Source of the DNA: an uncultured Gammaproteobacteria bacterium
Lineage (GTDB): Bacteria > Patescibacteriota > Patescibacteriia > Magasanikbacterales > UBA922
Length of the DNA stretch: 64,000 bases
Direction of reading: 5' to 3'
NCBI GenBank assembly: GCA_964592785.1
Contig: CAZQHU010000001.1
Span: forward strand, 45,687 to 109,686
Numbering within the stretch: position 1 is the stretch's first letter; every line of letters begins with the position of its first letter. A program made the position numbers and the translations under genes. The notes beneath the pieces were generated by a model. That model was not told where the DNA came from, ran no database searches, and was given only the letters and a program-made list of their open reading frames with translations. Positions 17,941 through 27,798 of this stretch are shown piece after piece.

Positions 17941-19341
17941 ATGCAAATACCAAAATTTCTCACAGACAAAAATCTCACACCTAACGTCACTATCAATCCT
18001 GCGTTAAATTATCTAGGCACTGAAACAGCTTTTGGTTTTGGCGCAGAAGTAATAAAAGTAGAGAGCTCTAGTAAGTTTTCGCAAGTTTATAAATTTCATG
18101 TTGGCGATACTGGTCCGACTACACCTCAGCCGATCATTGAAACAGCTATTCAAGCACTCAAAAATAAAATGACCAAGTATGGGCATTTTCAGGGTTATCC
18201 AGCGGTTAGACAAAACATTGCCAAATATTGGAGTGAGATTCGGGGTGTGGAAATTAAGCCTGAAAATATTTTATTAGAGCCGGCTGGCAAGTCAGCTATT
18301 GAACTAGCTTTACAAACCCTTATTGCTCCGGGAGATAAAATCATTGTTCAGGATCCTGGATATCCGGTATATGAATCTTTGGCAGAGTTTTATCATCACG
18401 GATCTGTTTTACACTGGCAAGCGTTCAAAGATCAAGAGAAGCAAACTTTGGAGTTTAGAGTTGAAGATTTGGAAAAATTATTGACGGAAAATAAACAAGT
18501 CAAATTATTGGTCATCAATACTCCGCAAAATCCTACTGGCATGATAATTGGACAAGAGAAGTTGGAAGCGGTAGCTGAATTGGTTAGAAAATATAAATTC
18601 TTTGTAATTTTTGATGATATTTATGATCAGATAACTTTTGGTGGACGTCAGCATTTTTCTTTTATTTCTATCCCCGGTATGCTCGATTGGACAGTGAATT
18701 TAAATGGTTATTCCAAAAATTACGCGATGACTGGTTGGCGTTTAGGATTTTGTGTAGCACCAGAGTGGCTTATAGAAATTTTTGGTCGATTGGCGATTAA
18801 TAAATGGAGTAATGTAAATAAGATGGAGCAGATAGTTGCTGGTGCTATTTATGGTGATATAGAATTGGAGGGTTTTAAATATCCAAGTGTGCGTGGACAA
18901 GTACAGGAAATAATTAATAAAGATTTTATTGAATATGAAAAAAAAGGCGGGTTTGTTTCCGAAAGCTTAAATTTGCTTCAGCCGTATGTAGTTTGCAATG
19001 AAGCTGAAGGGGCATTTTATTTATTTCCCAGTTTTCAACGAGTTTTGGATTTAAAATATGTTAAAGAAGATTTAGGTTTAAAAACAGATGTAGATTTGCG
19101 CAATTGGTTTTTACATGAGAAGGGGATAGCTACGTTGTCTGGTAGAGATTTTGGAGCTAGAGGGGCGGGCCATATTCGCTTTTCTTATGCTGAAGACAGA
19201 AATAAGCACATTATTCCGGGCATGAAGCATGTTTTGAAAGTGATTATAGAATTAATTGAAAAGAGTGGGGAAGTGTCGCCTTTGAAAGCAGAAGAAGTGG
19301 ATGAGAAAATACAGAAATTACAAGAGAAATATTTTGTTTAG
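17941..19341 (+). CDS. PLP-dependent aminotransferase class I/II
   Basis: NTPQNPTG, DDIY, GYSKNYAMTGWRLG, HIRFSYA. Confidence 0.92.
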   Translation: MQIPKFLTDKNLTPNVTINPALNYLGTETAFGFGAEVIKVESSSKFSQVYKFHVGDTGPTTPQPIIETAIQALKNKMTKYGHFQGYPAVRQNIAKYWSEIRGVEIKPENILLEPAGKSAIELALQTLIAPGDKIIVQDPGYPVYESLAEFYHHGSVLHWQAFKDQEKQTLEFRVEDLEKLLTENKQVKLLVINTPQNPTGMIIGQEKLEAVAELVRKYKFFVIFDDIYDQITFGGRQHFSFISIPGMLDWTVNLNGYSKNYAMTGWRLGFCVAPEWLIEIFGRLAINKWSNVNKMEQIVAGAIYGDIELEGFKYPSVRGQVQEIINKDFIEYEKKGGFVSESLNLLQPYVVCNEAEGAFYLFPSFQRVLDLKYVKEDLGLKTDVDLRNWFLHEKGIATLSGRDFGARGAGHIRFSYAEDRNKHIIPGMKHVLKVIIELIEKSGEVSPLKAEEVDEKIQKLQEKYFV

Positions 19342-19378
19342 TCTTGCACATTTTTGATTTTTTGTATAATTTATCTAT

Positions 19379-19549
19379 ATGGAAGAAGTATCTAATAATT
19401 ACAATATAGAAAAGGAGAAAATTTGGAAACAATTTTTGCAGAGAATAAGCCAGATAAGGAAGGATTTTTTTGCAAAGCTATCAGTCATACGTTCTCAGAA
19501 TGACCAAAAAAAGATAGAAGATGTAAAAAATAAAATAAATAATATTTAA
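19379..19549 (+). CDS. Small hypothetical protein (56 aa, not in ORF track)
   Basis: MEEVSNNYNIEKEKIWKQFLQ..KINNI*, directly after TTGCAC..TATAAT. Confidence 0.5.
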   Translation: MEEVSNNYNIEKEKIWKQFLQRISQIRKDFFAKLSVIRSQNDQKKIEDVKNKINNI

Positions 19550-19559
19550 TTTTAATAAT

Positions 19560-20165
19560 ATGGATGAGGAAATGCTTCCACAACCAGTTGAAATAGGTGA
19601 AAATCAAAGAAGGTTGGAATTATTGGAAACAGTACCATCGGATTTTGGAAATGCAACAGAAGAAGTAGTATCCAGTCTTACTGGGGATGTTAAAAGTGCA
19701 GTGGATCCAAATGATCCTAGACAAGAAGAGCTAGCACAAAAAGCAATAGAAAAGGCAGAAAAGGAAAAAAGATACGCATTTGCTAGAGTAATTTTGCTTG
19801 AGGTTATTGGCAAATATCCAGGTCTTGAAGTGAATAGCATGGCTATTTTGGGTAAAGCCACTAGTTTTAGAGAGGGTGAGGAAAAATCTTCTGTGTTTAT
19901 GGATAATTTTAAAAAAGTGATTGTGGATATGATAAAGTCGGGTCTTAGTCCTTCGCAAATAGAAAGAAAAAAGGATAAAAATCAGCCAAAAAATGAAGTA
20001 AGATTGCCCAGGGCAGGAGTTGTATCAGTAGAGGGGAGAAATGATTTTATTAGAGGAACAAATATGACTGTCACAGAATATGTGGATGAAGCATATAAAA
20101 AAGTTTTATGGGCTTGTGAAGAATATGGGAAAGCTTATAACGCCATGATTGAAGGTACTTCATAA
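19560..20165 (+). CDS. Hypothetical protein
   Basis: 201-aa ORF with host-like composition. Confidence 0.65.
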   Translation: MDEEMLPQPVEIGENQRRLELLETVPSDFGNATEEVVSSLTGDVKSAVDPNDPRQEELAQKAIEKAEKEKRYAFARVILLEVIGKYPGLEVNSMAILGKATSFREGEEKSSVFMDNFKKVIVDMIKSGLSPSQIERKKDKNQPKNEVRLPRAGVVSVEGRNDFIRGTNMTVTEYVDEAYKKVLWACEEYGKAYNAMIEGTS

Positions 20166-20316
20166 AAATATATAAATTTGGACAAAAATAAAAACCCCCG
20201 CCTTTCAGTTAACTTTCGAGGCGGGGTTTATTTTTGAGGTAGCCCCTAGGCGCGTGTTGAGGGCACGGCTTTGGGGCTTGGTTTGGAGGGCATAGAACCT
20301 CCGATTTTCCGACGCC

Positions 20317-20535
20317 TCACCTGCTGGCATGGCGTACGGGTAAAGAAAGAGCCTCGCGGTCGATCGCGATCGGTCGTCTGTCGATCCGAGAAGCGGCATA
20401 GAAGCCGTCTATGAGGACCGAGCCGTCCGGAGCGAAACCAACCACTTGGACGATACCATGCCCCTCACAATGGAACCAACGTCCCACTTGGGGTTCACGG
20501 TCATCGTCAACCAGAAATTCCTTACGTCCTTCCAT
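20317..20535 (-). CDS. GC-rich orphan small beta-rich protein
   Basis: Perfect SD AAAGGAGGTGA before ATG; terminator at 20187-20234. Confidence 0.65.
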   Translation of the reverse strand: MEGRKEFLVDDDREPQVGRWFHCEGHGIVQVVGFAPDGSVLIDGFYAASRIDRRPIAIDREALSLPVRHASR

Positions 20536-20688
20536 TTTTCACCTCCTTTGTGGAAGGGATAAGAGTAGTATAGGTTGTTGATAAGAATTTTTTAAGAAAC
20601 TTGTCAAGAGTTAATAAATATTTGTCTTATTTACATTTTGTCCACTTTTTTAATTGACAATTTTTAAAAAATTAAGTAACATTTATTT

Positions 20689-21070
20689 GACGTTGGTCCA
20701 GCGACGTTGCCTTTGGGGATAAGATCCTCACAACGTGTCCTGGAGTAAACCAACGAGTAGTCGAGGGGGCTAAGCCCCAATGTATAAGGATGGCCCACGT
20801 GCCATCCGAAGAACGGCGGTTCCTATACCGCCATGTACACTGGCGGGTTGGCTGCAAGATGCCAACCGCCACTCGCGGGCGCACGTCGCCCGGGTTCCCG
20901 GGGGCTGTGGTTACTTTGCCCCCACGCACTTCAGTGGCTTGCTACCTTTCGAGGCGCAGGCTTAGCTCTCCTGGATTTCCGGGACTGAAGTGACTGCTGA
21001 TGGTTCCCGTCGTGGTACTGTCCAAGGAGGGGGGAAGATTAGAGCAGATAATGTCTTCCCGCACCTCATA
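20689..21070 (+). ncRNA. Candidate large structured ncRNA (about 380 nt)
   Basis: TTGACA-17-TAACAT promoter, more than 10 consecutive stems, terminator 21077-21104, no SD-led ORF. Confidence 0.55.
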
Positions 21071-21223
21071 CTTTAGACACCACCCAAAAGGGTGGTGTTT
21101 TTTTATTTTGTTAAATTACTTAATTTTGTCTATGGATGAGATAATAATATCTAAGAGATGGATTTTATAGTATGAAGTTGACATTTTTGGCTAATTTATA
21201 TATAATCAAAACACTTTTAGGAA

Positions 21224-21316
21224 TGTCATGCTGAACTTGTTTCAGCATCTTTCCATAAAATGTATTTTTTAAATGATTTGTATTGAGAAAGACCCTGAAA
21301 CAGGTTCAGGGTGATA
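21224..21316. repeat. GTCATGCTGAAC..TTCAGGGTGA doublet; near-identical arms at 36983-37077
   Basis: tgtcatgctgaacttgtttcagcatct ... agaccctgaaaca(g/a)gttcagggtga. Confidence 0.85.
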
Positions 21317-21322
21317 AACATT

Positions 21323-23350
21323 ATGAACGTCACAGAACTCGCTAGACAATTGAGAATAAACACCAAAGAATTGTTGGATGTACTCCCGCAGTATGGTTTT
21401 GATATCGGAGCTAGAGCGGTAAAAGTAGATGACAAAGTTGCAGATAAGATTATGCGTCAGTGGAGGTATATTAAGCGAGATTTGGAAGAAAAGAAAAAGA
21501 AAGAAATAGAAGAGAGAAAACTCAAAGAAAAGGAATTGCGTCGAGAAAGTGGTCAGACAGTAGAACTACCAGAAGTGATTACAGTTAGACTTTTTGCAGA
21601 AAAATTAAATTTACCGGTTACTCAGATTATTACCGAGCTCATGAAGAATGGTATTTTGGCCAATCAAAATCAAAATATTGATTATGATACAGCGGCTATC
21701 TTAGCTGGTGAGTTGGGTTTTTTTGTAAAAAAAGAAGAAGGTGAAACCATTCGTAAAGCTCAGAGTGAAGAAGAAAAGGCCAAAGCTCTGGAAGAAGCTT
21801 TGAGTAAATTGGAAAATTTGGAACCTCGTTCTCCTGTGGTAGTAGTGATGGGTCATGTTGATCATGGTAAGACCAAATTATTGGATTCTATTAGAAATGC
21901 CAATATTATTGATACTGAAGCCGGTGGCATTACTCAGCATATTGGTGCTTATCAGACTATCTGGAAAGACCCCAAGACCAAAGAAGAAAGAGCTCTTACT
22001 TTCATTGATACACCGGGCCATGAAGCTTTTACAGTGATGCGCAGTCGTGGAGCCAAGATTGCGGATATTGCTATTATGGTGGTGGCGGCCGATGATAGTG
22101 TCAAACCTCAGACTGAGGAAGTTATCAAGATTATTCAAGCAGCCAAATTGCCGTTTGTCGTGGCGATCAATAAGATCGATAAAGAAGGCGCCGATCCTAC
22201 CCGGGTGCGCGCAGATTTGGCGCAACGAGGTATTCAGAGTGATGAATGGGGTGGTGCTGTGCCTATGGTAGATATCTCTGCTAAACAAAATTTAAACATA
22301 GACAAATTATTGGATGTCATTCTCTTGGTGGCGGATATGAATGCTGATAAAATTCAAGCTAACCCTCATATTCCAGCGATTGGTACGATTATTGAATCAC
22401 ATGTGGATAAGGGGATGGGTCCGGTGGCCACTGTTCTAGTACAAGCCGGGACTCTACGTACCAATGATCCTTTGGTAGTTAATGGTGAAATTTATGGAAA
22501 AGTAAGAGCCATGAAAAACTACAAAGGCGAAAATATTAGTGAAGCTATTCCTTCCACCCCTGCGCAAATTATTGGTTTCAAAGTGGCTCCAGAAGTAGGG
22601 GATATTCTAGATGTAGGCAGGGCTGACAACGCTGAGAAAATCGATGTGCGTCAAAAACGTGGTTTGCAAACCGGAGCGGAAAAACAAACCATTGTCGTGG
22701 CCGAAGAAGGAGATGAAAACGTCAAAAAAACTTTAAATCTACTTATCAAAGCCGATGTTTTGGGTTCTTTGGAAGCGATCATTGGTTCTTTGGAAAAATT
22801 GAAACATGAAGAAGTGGGAGTAAAAATTGTTGGTAAGGGCTTGGGTAATATTACAGAGGATGATGTGCATAAGGCCGAAGCCGGTGAAGCGTTGGTTGTG
22901 GGTTTCAATGTAAATGCCACGGGCATTGCCGAGGAATTGATGAATGATAAAAATATCCAGTTCAAACACTATGATATTATTTATGATTTGATCAATTGGG
23001 TAAAAGAAGAGCTGGAGAAAATGTTAGATGTAGAAAAAATTGTTACAGAAATAGGCCGAGTAAAAGTTTTAGCTATTTTTAGAACTGATAAAAATGCCAT
23101 GACTATAGGCGGAAGAGTGGAGGATGGTAAAGTTATTCCTGGTTTATTGGCGCGTATCAAGCGTGATGGTCTATTGATCGGTACCGGAAAGATTTCTCAG
23201 TGTCAAGTCGGTCAAGCAGTAATGAAAGAAGTAATTCAAGGCACAGAATGTGGTATGCGTTTTGAAGGAAGAGAAAAAATTGAAGAAGGTGATGTTTTGG
23301 AGATTTACCGAGAAGAAAGTAAGATTAGAAAAATTATTTTTGAAAAATAA
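21323..23350 (+). CDS. infB: Translation initiation factor IF-2
   Basis: GHVDHGKT, EAGGITQHIGAY, DTPGHEAF, NKID. Confidence 0.97.
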   Translation: MNVTELARQLRINTKELLDVLPQYGFDIGARAVKVDDKVADKIMRQWRYIKRDLEEKKKKEIEERKLKEKELRRESGQTVELPEVITVRLFAEKLNLPVTQIITELMKNGILANQNQNIDYDTAAILAGELGFFVKKEEGETIRKAQSEEEKAKALEEALSKLENLEPRSPVVVVMGHVDHGKTKLLDSIRNANIIDTEAGGITQHIGAYQTIWKDPKTKEERALTFIDTPGHEAFTVMRSRGAKIADIAIMVVAADDSVKPQTEEVIKIIQAAKLPFVVAINKIDKEGADPTRVRADLAQRGIQSDEWGGAVPMVDISAKQNLNIDKLLDVILLVADMNADKIQANPHIPAIGTIIESHVDKGMGPVATVLVQAGTLRTNDPLVVNGEIYGKVRAMKNYKGENISEAIPSTPAQIIGFKVAPEVGDILDVGRADNAEKIDVRQKRGLQTGAEKQTIVVAEEGDENVKKTLNLLIKADVLGSLEAIIGSLEKLKHEEVGVKIVGKGLGNITEDDVHKAEAGEALVVGFNVNATGIAEELMNDKNIQFKHYDIIYDLINWVKEELEKMLDVEKIVTEIGRVKVLAIFRTDKNAMTIGGRVEDGKVIPGLLARIKRDGLLIGTGKISQCQVGQAVMKEVIQGTECGMRFEGREKIEEGDVLEIYREESKIRKIIFEK

Positions 23351-23354
23351 TTTT

Positions 23355-23942
23355 ATGTCAGATTTACAAAAATTAAGGGGGTTTGCTTCAATGGAACGTT
23401 TTGCCAAAATAACCAATGATAAAGGTGAACCAGTACTCAACTCAGCAGTGGATATAGAAATAGTCAAAAGTCAGGATATGGATTTTAAACAGATAGAAGC
23501 CAAAGGTGAAAAAGATCCAAAAATGGTCAATTCTCCAACCATAGAAGAAAGTAAAGATTTTGGTGGAGAAAAATTATTTCAAAAATATTTGGAAATTATT
23601 TTTAGAAAATTTCCAGGTGAGATTTATCGGGCTGGAAATGTTAATGAGCGCGCTTTGGGTGATCGGGTAAAGTTGACACAAGGAAGAGGGGAATATATTT
23701 ATATAATTCCAGTCTCTTTGTCTGAACAAATGAAAAAACTTTTGGAAGAACCAGTAGATTTGGGTGTGGATGATCCAGGTATAGAATTTTCCAAAATGAC
23801 TGGCTTGAGTGAAGATATTTTGGACCAAAACAATCTTGGTTTTACTCGTAAAATGGAAATCAATGGGCAATTTTTTACGGTTAAGTTTTTGTATGGTCAA
23901 GAAAAAGAAGTATCTCCTGGCTCTTATCAGGAGGCTGCTTGA
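23355..23942 (+). CDS. Hypothetical protein
   Basis: ORF after infB; likely start MSDLQK. Confidence 0.6.
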   Translation: MSDLQKLRGFASMERFAKITNDKGEPVLNSAVDIEIVKSQDMDFKQIEAKGEKDPKMVNSPTIEESKDFGGEKLFQKYLEIIFRKFPGEIYRAGNVNERALGDRVKLTQGRGEYIYIIPVSLSEQMKKLLEEPVDLGVDDPGIEFSKMTGLSEDILDQNNLGFTRKMEINGQFFTVKFLYGQEKEVSPGSYQEAA

Positions 23943-23948
23943 TCGGAG

Positions 23949-23988
23949 TTATCCACTTCTTGCCAGTATTTTTTTAGAATGTTAAAAT
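23949..23988 (+). promoter_or_regulatory. DnaA-box-like site plus sigma70 promoter of trxA
   Basis: TTATCCACT, then TTGCCA-17-TAAAAT. Confidence 0.6.
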
Positions 23989-24034
23989 AGACCCTGTACT
24001 GCAAAAGTACAGGGTTAATTTTTTAATATTTATT

Positions 24035-24361
24035 ATGTCACACGTAAATTTGACAGATCAAAATTTCGAGGAGGAAGTAGTTAAATCAACAGTTCCGGTG
24101 TTGGTAGATTTTTGGGCGCCCTGGTGTGGTCCTTGCCAGATGATGGGTCCGATTGTTGAAGAGTTGGCAGGTGAACTTGATGCCAGTAAAGTGAAAATTG
24201 CCAAGCTTAATGTTGATGAAAATCAGGTTTCAGCTGGGAAATTTCAAGTAATGAGTATTCCCACTTTCCTTGTTTTCAAAGGTGGTCAAGTTGTTGATCA
24301 AATGGTCGGTGGTGTACCAAAAGAAAAGTTGAAAGAGATGCTGGAAAAACACCTGGCTTAA
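24035..24361 (+). CDS. trxA: Thioredoxin
   Basis: VDFWAPWCGPC, SIPT. Confidence 0.96.
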   Translation: MSHVNLTDQNFEEEVVKSTVPVLVDFWAPWCGPCQMMGPIVEELAGELDASKVKIAKLNVDENQVSAGKFQVMSIPTFLVFKGGQVVDQMVGGVPKEKLKEMLEKHLA

Positions 24362-24464
24362 AAAAGTGATAAAAATATTTAAACAATCCTGATCTATTCA
24401 GGATTGTTTGCTTTTGGAATATGTTATATAATAATTATAGTTTAGTTTTAATTTATTCAATTAT

Positions 24465-25391
24465 ATGAAGAAAAATTGGAAAATATTTCTGGGCATTGTT
24501 ATTTTGGTTTTGGTGGTAGTCTTGGCTTTTTTTGCTTTGTCTAGCAGTAGGAAAATTGCTGACAAAAATGGTTTATCTTTTTCGGTCAATGAGATGGCTA
24601 GAGATACTGCCAGTTTTGGAGTTTCTTTTGGTGGTGTTTCTGGTTCAGCTATGAAGATTGCTACAGCACCAGAAGCTGATAGTTATAACCAAGAATCTCA
24701 AAACATCAAAGAAAGAATGATTATCAAAACCGGCTCTCTATCTATGGTGGTAGAAGATGTGAGAGAGGGGGTACGCCAAATTATTCAATATGCCACTGAT
24801 AATGCAGGCTTTGTGGTGCACAGTAATATTTATAAGTCAGGCTTGTCACCAGTAGGTGAAGTCAGTATCCGCATTCCGGTTGCGCTTTTTGACAGCGGTC
24901 TAGGAGAAATAAAAAAACTTGGGGAAGTTAAGAGTGAGTCAGTCAATGGTCAAGATGTTACCGAAGAATATGTAGACCTTGATTCCCAGTTAAAAAATTT
25001 GCGAGCAGCAGAAAACCAATTTTTACAGATTATGAGTCGGGCAGTGAAGATTGAAGATGTGTTGGCAGTACAAAGAGAATTGACCAATGTCCGCGGTCAG
25101 ATTGAAAGTATTCAAGGTCGAATGAAATATTTGACCCAAAGCGTGGAAATGTCCACTTTGACCGTTTATTTATCCACCGATCCTAGTGTTTTGCCGGCAG
25201 TTGATCAAGAAAATAAATGGAAACCCTGGGCTGAGATCAAAGCCGCCGCTAGAAGTCTTTTGGAGGTAGGCAAGAGTTTGGCGAATTTTGTTATTTGGCT
25301 AGTGATTTTTATTCCTGTCTGGTTGGTGGTAGGTTTGGTGGTTTGGATGGTGTTGAGAATCATTAAGAAGAGAAAAAATTTAAACATGTAA
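24465..25391 (+). CDS. DUF4349 domain membrane protein
   Basis: RMIIKTGSL, QDVTEEYVDL, C-terminal TM. Confidence 0.85.
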   Translation: MKKNWKIFLGIVILVLVVVLAFFALSSSRKIADKNGLSFSVNEMARDTASFGVSFGGVSGSAMKIATAPEADSYNQESQNIKERMIIKTGSLSMVVEDVREGVRQIIQYATDNAGFVVHSNIYKSGLSPVGEVSIRIPVALFDSGLGEIKKLGEVKSESVNGQDVTEEYVDLDSQLKNLRAAENQFLQIMSRAVKIEDVLAVQRELTNVRGQIESIQGRMKYLTQSVEMSTLTVYLSTDPSVLPAVDQENKWKPWAEIKAAARSLLEVGKSLANFVIWLVIFIPVWLVVGLVVWMVLRIIKKRKNLNM

Positions 25392-25487
25392 AGATTAGTT
25401 AAAAAGTTTTTAAAGTTCATAAAGTTTATAAAGTATCAGATTTTGTTTGGTCTTTATACTTTATGGACTTTTTACTTTATAAACTTA
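25388..25487. repeat. Inverted AAAGT(T/C)-type 7-9 nt tandem repeat tract; others at 10010-10042 and 44994-45035
   Basis: aaagttttt aaagttcat aaagtttat aaagt ... actttat ggactttt actttat aaactt. Confidence 0.7.
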
Positions 25488-25554
25488 GGTAGTTATCCAC
25501 TATTGAAAGGTTTTTGAACGAGTAGTAGAATATATGGGCTTTTAAAAAATATTT

Positions 25555-26814
25555 ATGAACAATCAATTTGAAAATGCTTTGGCCCAGTTAGATAAGGCAG
25601 CCAGAATCATGAACCTAGATAAAAATATTCATGAGGTTTTGAAATATCCGGATAGAGTTTTGACTGTGGCTATTCCGGTCAAGATGAATAGTGGTGAAAC
25701 AAAAGTCTTTACTGGTTTTAGATCTCAATACAATGATGCACTTGGTCCTTATAAAGGCGGAATTCGCTATCATTCGGGTGTTAGTCTGGAAGAAGTGAAA
25801 GCTTTGTCTTTTTGGATGATGATTAAATGCGCTACTGTAAATATTCCTATGGGTGGTGGCAAGGGTGGAATAATAGTTGATTCCAAGCAATTATCGGAAA
25901 ATGAATTGGAACAACTTTCTCGTGGTTATGTGCAGAAATTATGGCGTTATTTTGGTTCAGACAAAGATGTGCCAGCTCCTGATATGTACACCAATGGCAA
26001 GATCATGGGTTGGATGAGGAATGAGTTTGAAAAATTATCTGGTCAAGCAGATCCAGGATTTATCACTGGCAAATCTCTAGCTGATGGTGGTTCAGAAGGT
26101 AGAGAAACTGCCACAGCTCAAGGCGGGCTCTATACTGTGAGAGAATTGGCCAAAAGAGTTGGTTTGAAACCAGAGGAAACTACTGTGGCTGTGCAGGGCA
26201 TGGGTAATGTTGGGGGTTTTATGGCAAAATTATTAAAGCAAGATGGTTATCGAGTGGTAGCGATTAGTGATTCCAAAGGTGGAGTTGTAGTAAGGAATAA
26301 GGAAGAAGGAATAAAGAATAATGAGCGTTTGAATCTTGATGAAGTTTTTCAACATAAAGAAAAAACCGGTTCATTATCAGGTTTGGCAGTAGTACAAAAT
26401 ATTTCCAATTCAGAACTTTTGGAGTTACCAGTGGATATTCTGATTCCAGCAGCTATGGAAAATCAGATTACTATGGATAATGTGAATAATATCAAAGCAA
26501 AATATATTGTGGAGATGGCTAATGGTCCAACAACACCAGAAGCTGATGAAATTTTGAAAGAGAGAGGAGTAATCCTTGTTCCTGATGTTTTGAGTAATGC
26601 TGGTGGTGTGACAGTGTCATATTTTGAGTGGTATCAAAATGTACATAATGAAAAATGGAATGAAGCAGAAGTTTTTGCCAAGCTTGAGCCAATCATGATT
26701 ACCGCTTTTAATGAAGTTTGGGAGACAAAAGAAAAATATAATATTGATATGAGAACTGCGGCTTTTATCAAAGCGATTGAGAGGGTGGCAGGGCGTATGT
26801 CATCCCGAGCGTAG
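25555..26814 (+). CDS. gdhA: Glutamate dehydrogenase
   Basis: GPYKGGIRY, GGGKGG, DVPAPD, VQGMGNVG, NAGGVTVSYFEW. Confidence 0.95.
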   Translation: MNNQFENALAQLDKAARIMNLDKNIHEVLKYPDRVLTVAIPVKMNSGETKVFTGFRSQYNDALGPYKGGIRYHSGVSLEEVKALSFWMMIKCATVNIPMGGGKGGIIVDSKQLSENELEQLSRGYVQKLWRYFGSDKDVPAPDMYTNGKIMGWMRNEFEKLSGQADPGFITGKSLADGGSEGRETATAQGGLYTVRELAKRVGLKPEETTVAVQGMGNVGGFMAKLLKQDGYRVVAISDSKGGVVVRNKEEGIKNNERLNLDEVFQHKEKTGSLSGLAVVQNISNSELLELPVDILIPAAMENQITMDNVNNIKAKYIVEMANGPTTPEADEILKERGVILVPDVLSNAGGVTVSYFEWYQNVHNEKWNEAEVFAKLEPIMITAFNEVWETKEKYNIDMRTAAFIKAIERVAGRMSSRA

Positions 26815-26923
26815 TCGAGGGATCTCTTTGTTATAAAATACCTGCCTCTTCGGCGGGTTTTGTTGTTGACATTTTTTTTGATAGTTGTAAGATAAAGTTA
26901 TCTCGTTGGCATGGAGGTGCCAG

Positions 26924-27070
26924 ATGGATTCGATCAGTCCTGGATGGGTGGTCATTGGCCTGGTGGGTCTGTTCATCTTCGGATTTCTCATCCGGAGGGC
27001 AGTGACAGTGCACCGCCACAACGCGCGCGTCTCGGATTCCGAGAAGAAGACGGAGGAGGCGACGTGCTGA
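26924..27070 (+). CDS. GC-rich 48-aa single-TM protein (not in ORF track)
   Basis: GGAGGTG SD; MDSISPGWVVIGLVGLFIFGFLIRRAVTVHRHNARVSDSEKKTEEATC*; TTGACA..TAAGAT upstream. Confidence 0.65.
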   Translation: MDSISPGWVVIGLVGLFIFGFLIRRAVTVHRHNARVSDSEKKTEEATC

Positions 27071-27186
27071 AGGTCGCCACACCCGAGTGCAGTCGGGTGA
27101 AGTTTCGTAGGAGTGGGCGCGTACTGCATAGCGCGCCCCTTCACAACAAAAAACCACCTCGAATTTTCGGGGTGGGTTTATTTTAG

Positions 27187-27410
27187 GGAAGTACAGAGGG
27201 TGTCACCAGACACACCCCCTGTACGAGAAAGGAACGGTTTTCCTCAATACGTTGGGTTCAAGGAACCCTGTCTTTGTCCACGGCACAAGAGCAAGTAACT
27301 GGAAATGGGGGTTGGGGCTCAAGCATCGTCGGCATGAGACGGGGTTGGAACAGGCACAAGGCACTGCGACGAACCACAGACGTATGGGCGGCGAGGAAAC
27401 TGGCAATCGT
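27187..27410 (-). ncRNA. Candidate structured ncRNA A
   Basis: Closing helix tttcctc..atacgt/acgtat..gaggaaa, linker GTTCCTTTC, terminal hairpin; TTTACT-17-TCTAAT upstream. Confidence 0.5.
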
Positions 27411-27490
27411 ATTAGACCATGATTTTTCTAAAAAGTAAACTTATTTTGTGGATAAAAAATCCCCGCGTCAAATGCGGGGTTTAAAAATGA

Positions 27491-27722
27491 GGCGTCCCGG
27501 GCGACGGAGCAAGGTGCCTCCGTCGCCCGGGGAAAGGAACACGTCAGTTCAGCATGAGGGCACTTACGTCCCCTTAGTTAAGGGCGGGGTCATCACACCT
27601 CGCGCCCGTAGCCACACTGGTCTTTTTCTTTTGGTTCACTCGTCGCTACTACAAAAGAGGTTGGGCAGGCGCAGAACGCGCCCTCAACCGGATCCAGTTT
27701 TGAACCGACTGAACTGACGTTA
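27491..27722 (-). ncRNA. Candidate structured ncRNA B
   Basis: Perfect 12-bp closing helix (27541-27552/27709-27720), linker GTTCCTTTC, perfect 14-bp hairpin (27496-27531). Confidence 0.55.
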
Positions 27723-27798
27723 CTATATTTAAACACATTATATTTAATTTGTAAATGCCTTGATTTTTTAGTTTGAAAAGAGTAAAATAAGATTAAAT

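Noticed and set aside
20689-21070. RNase P RNA, tmRNA or SRP RNA
   Set aside because: No GAGGAAAGUCC P4 motif, no tRNA-like ends or tag ORF, no SRP domain IV motif recognised
26800-27717. Multiple overlapping 60-114 aa ORFs in GC-rich islands (also 20672-20993, 42001-42227, 57274-57670)
   Set aside because: Expected from stop-codon scarcity in GC-rich DNA; no SD and no protein-like motifs
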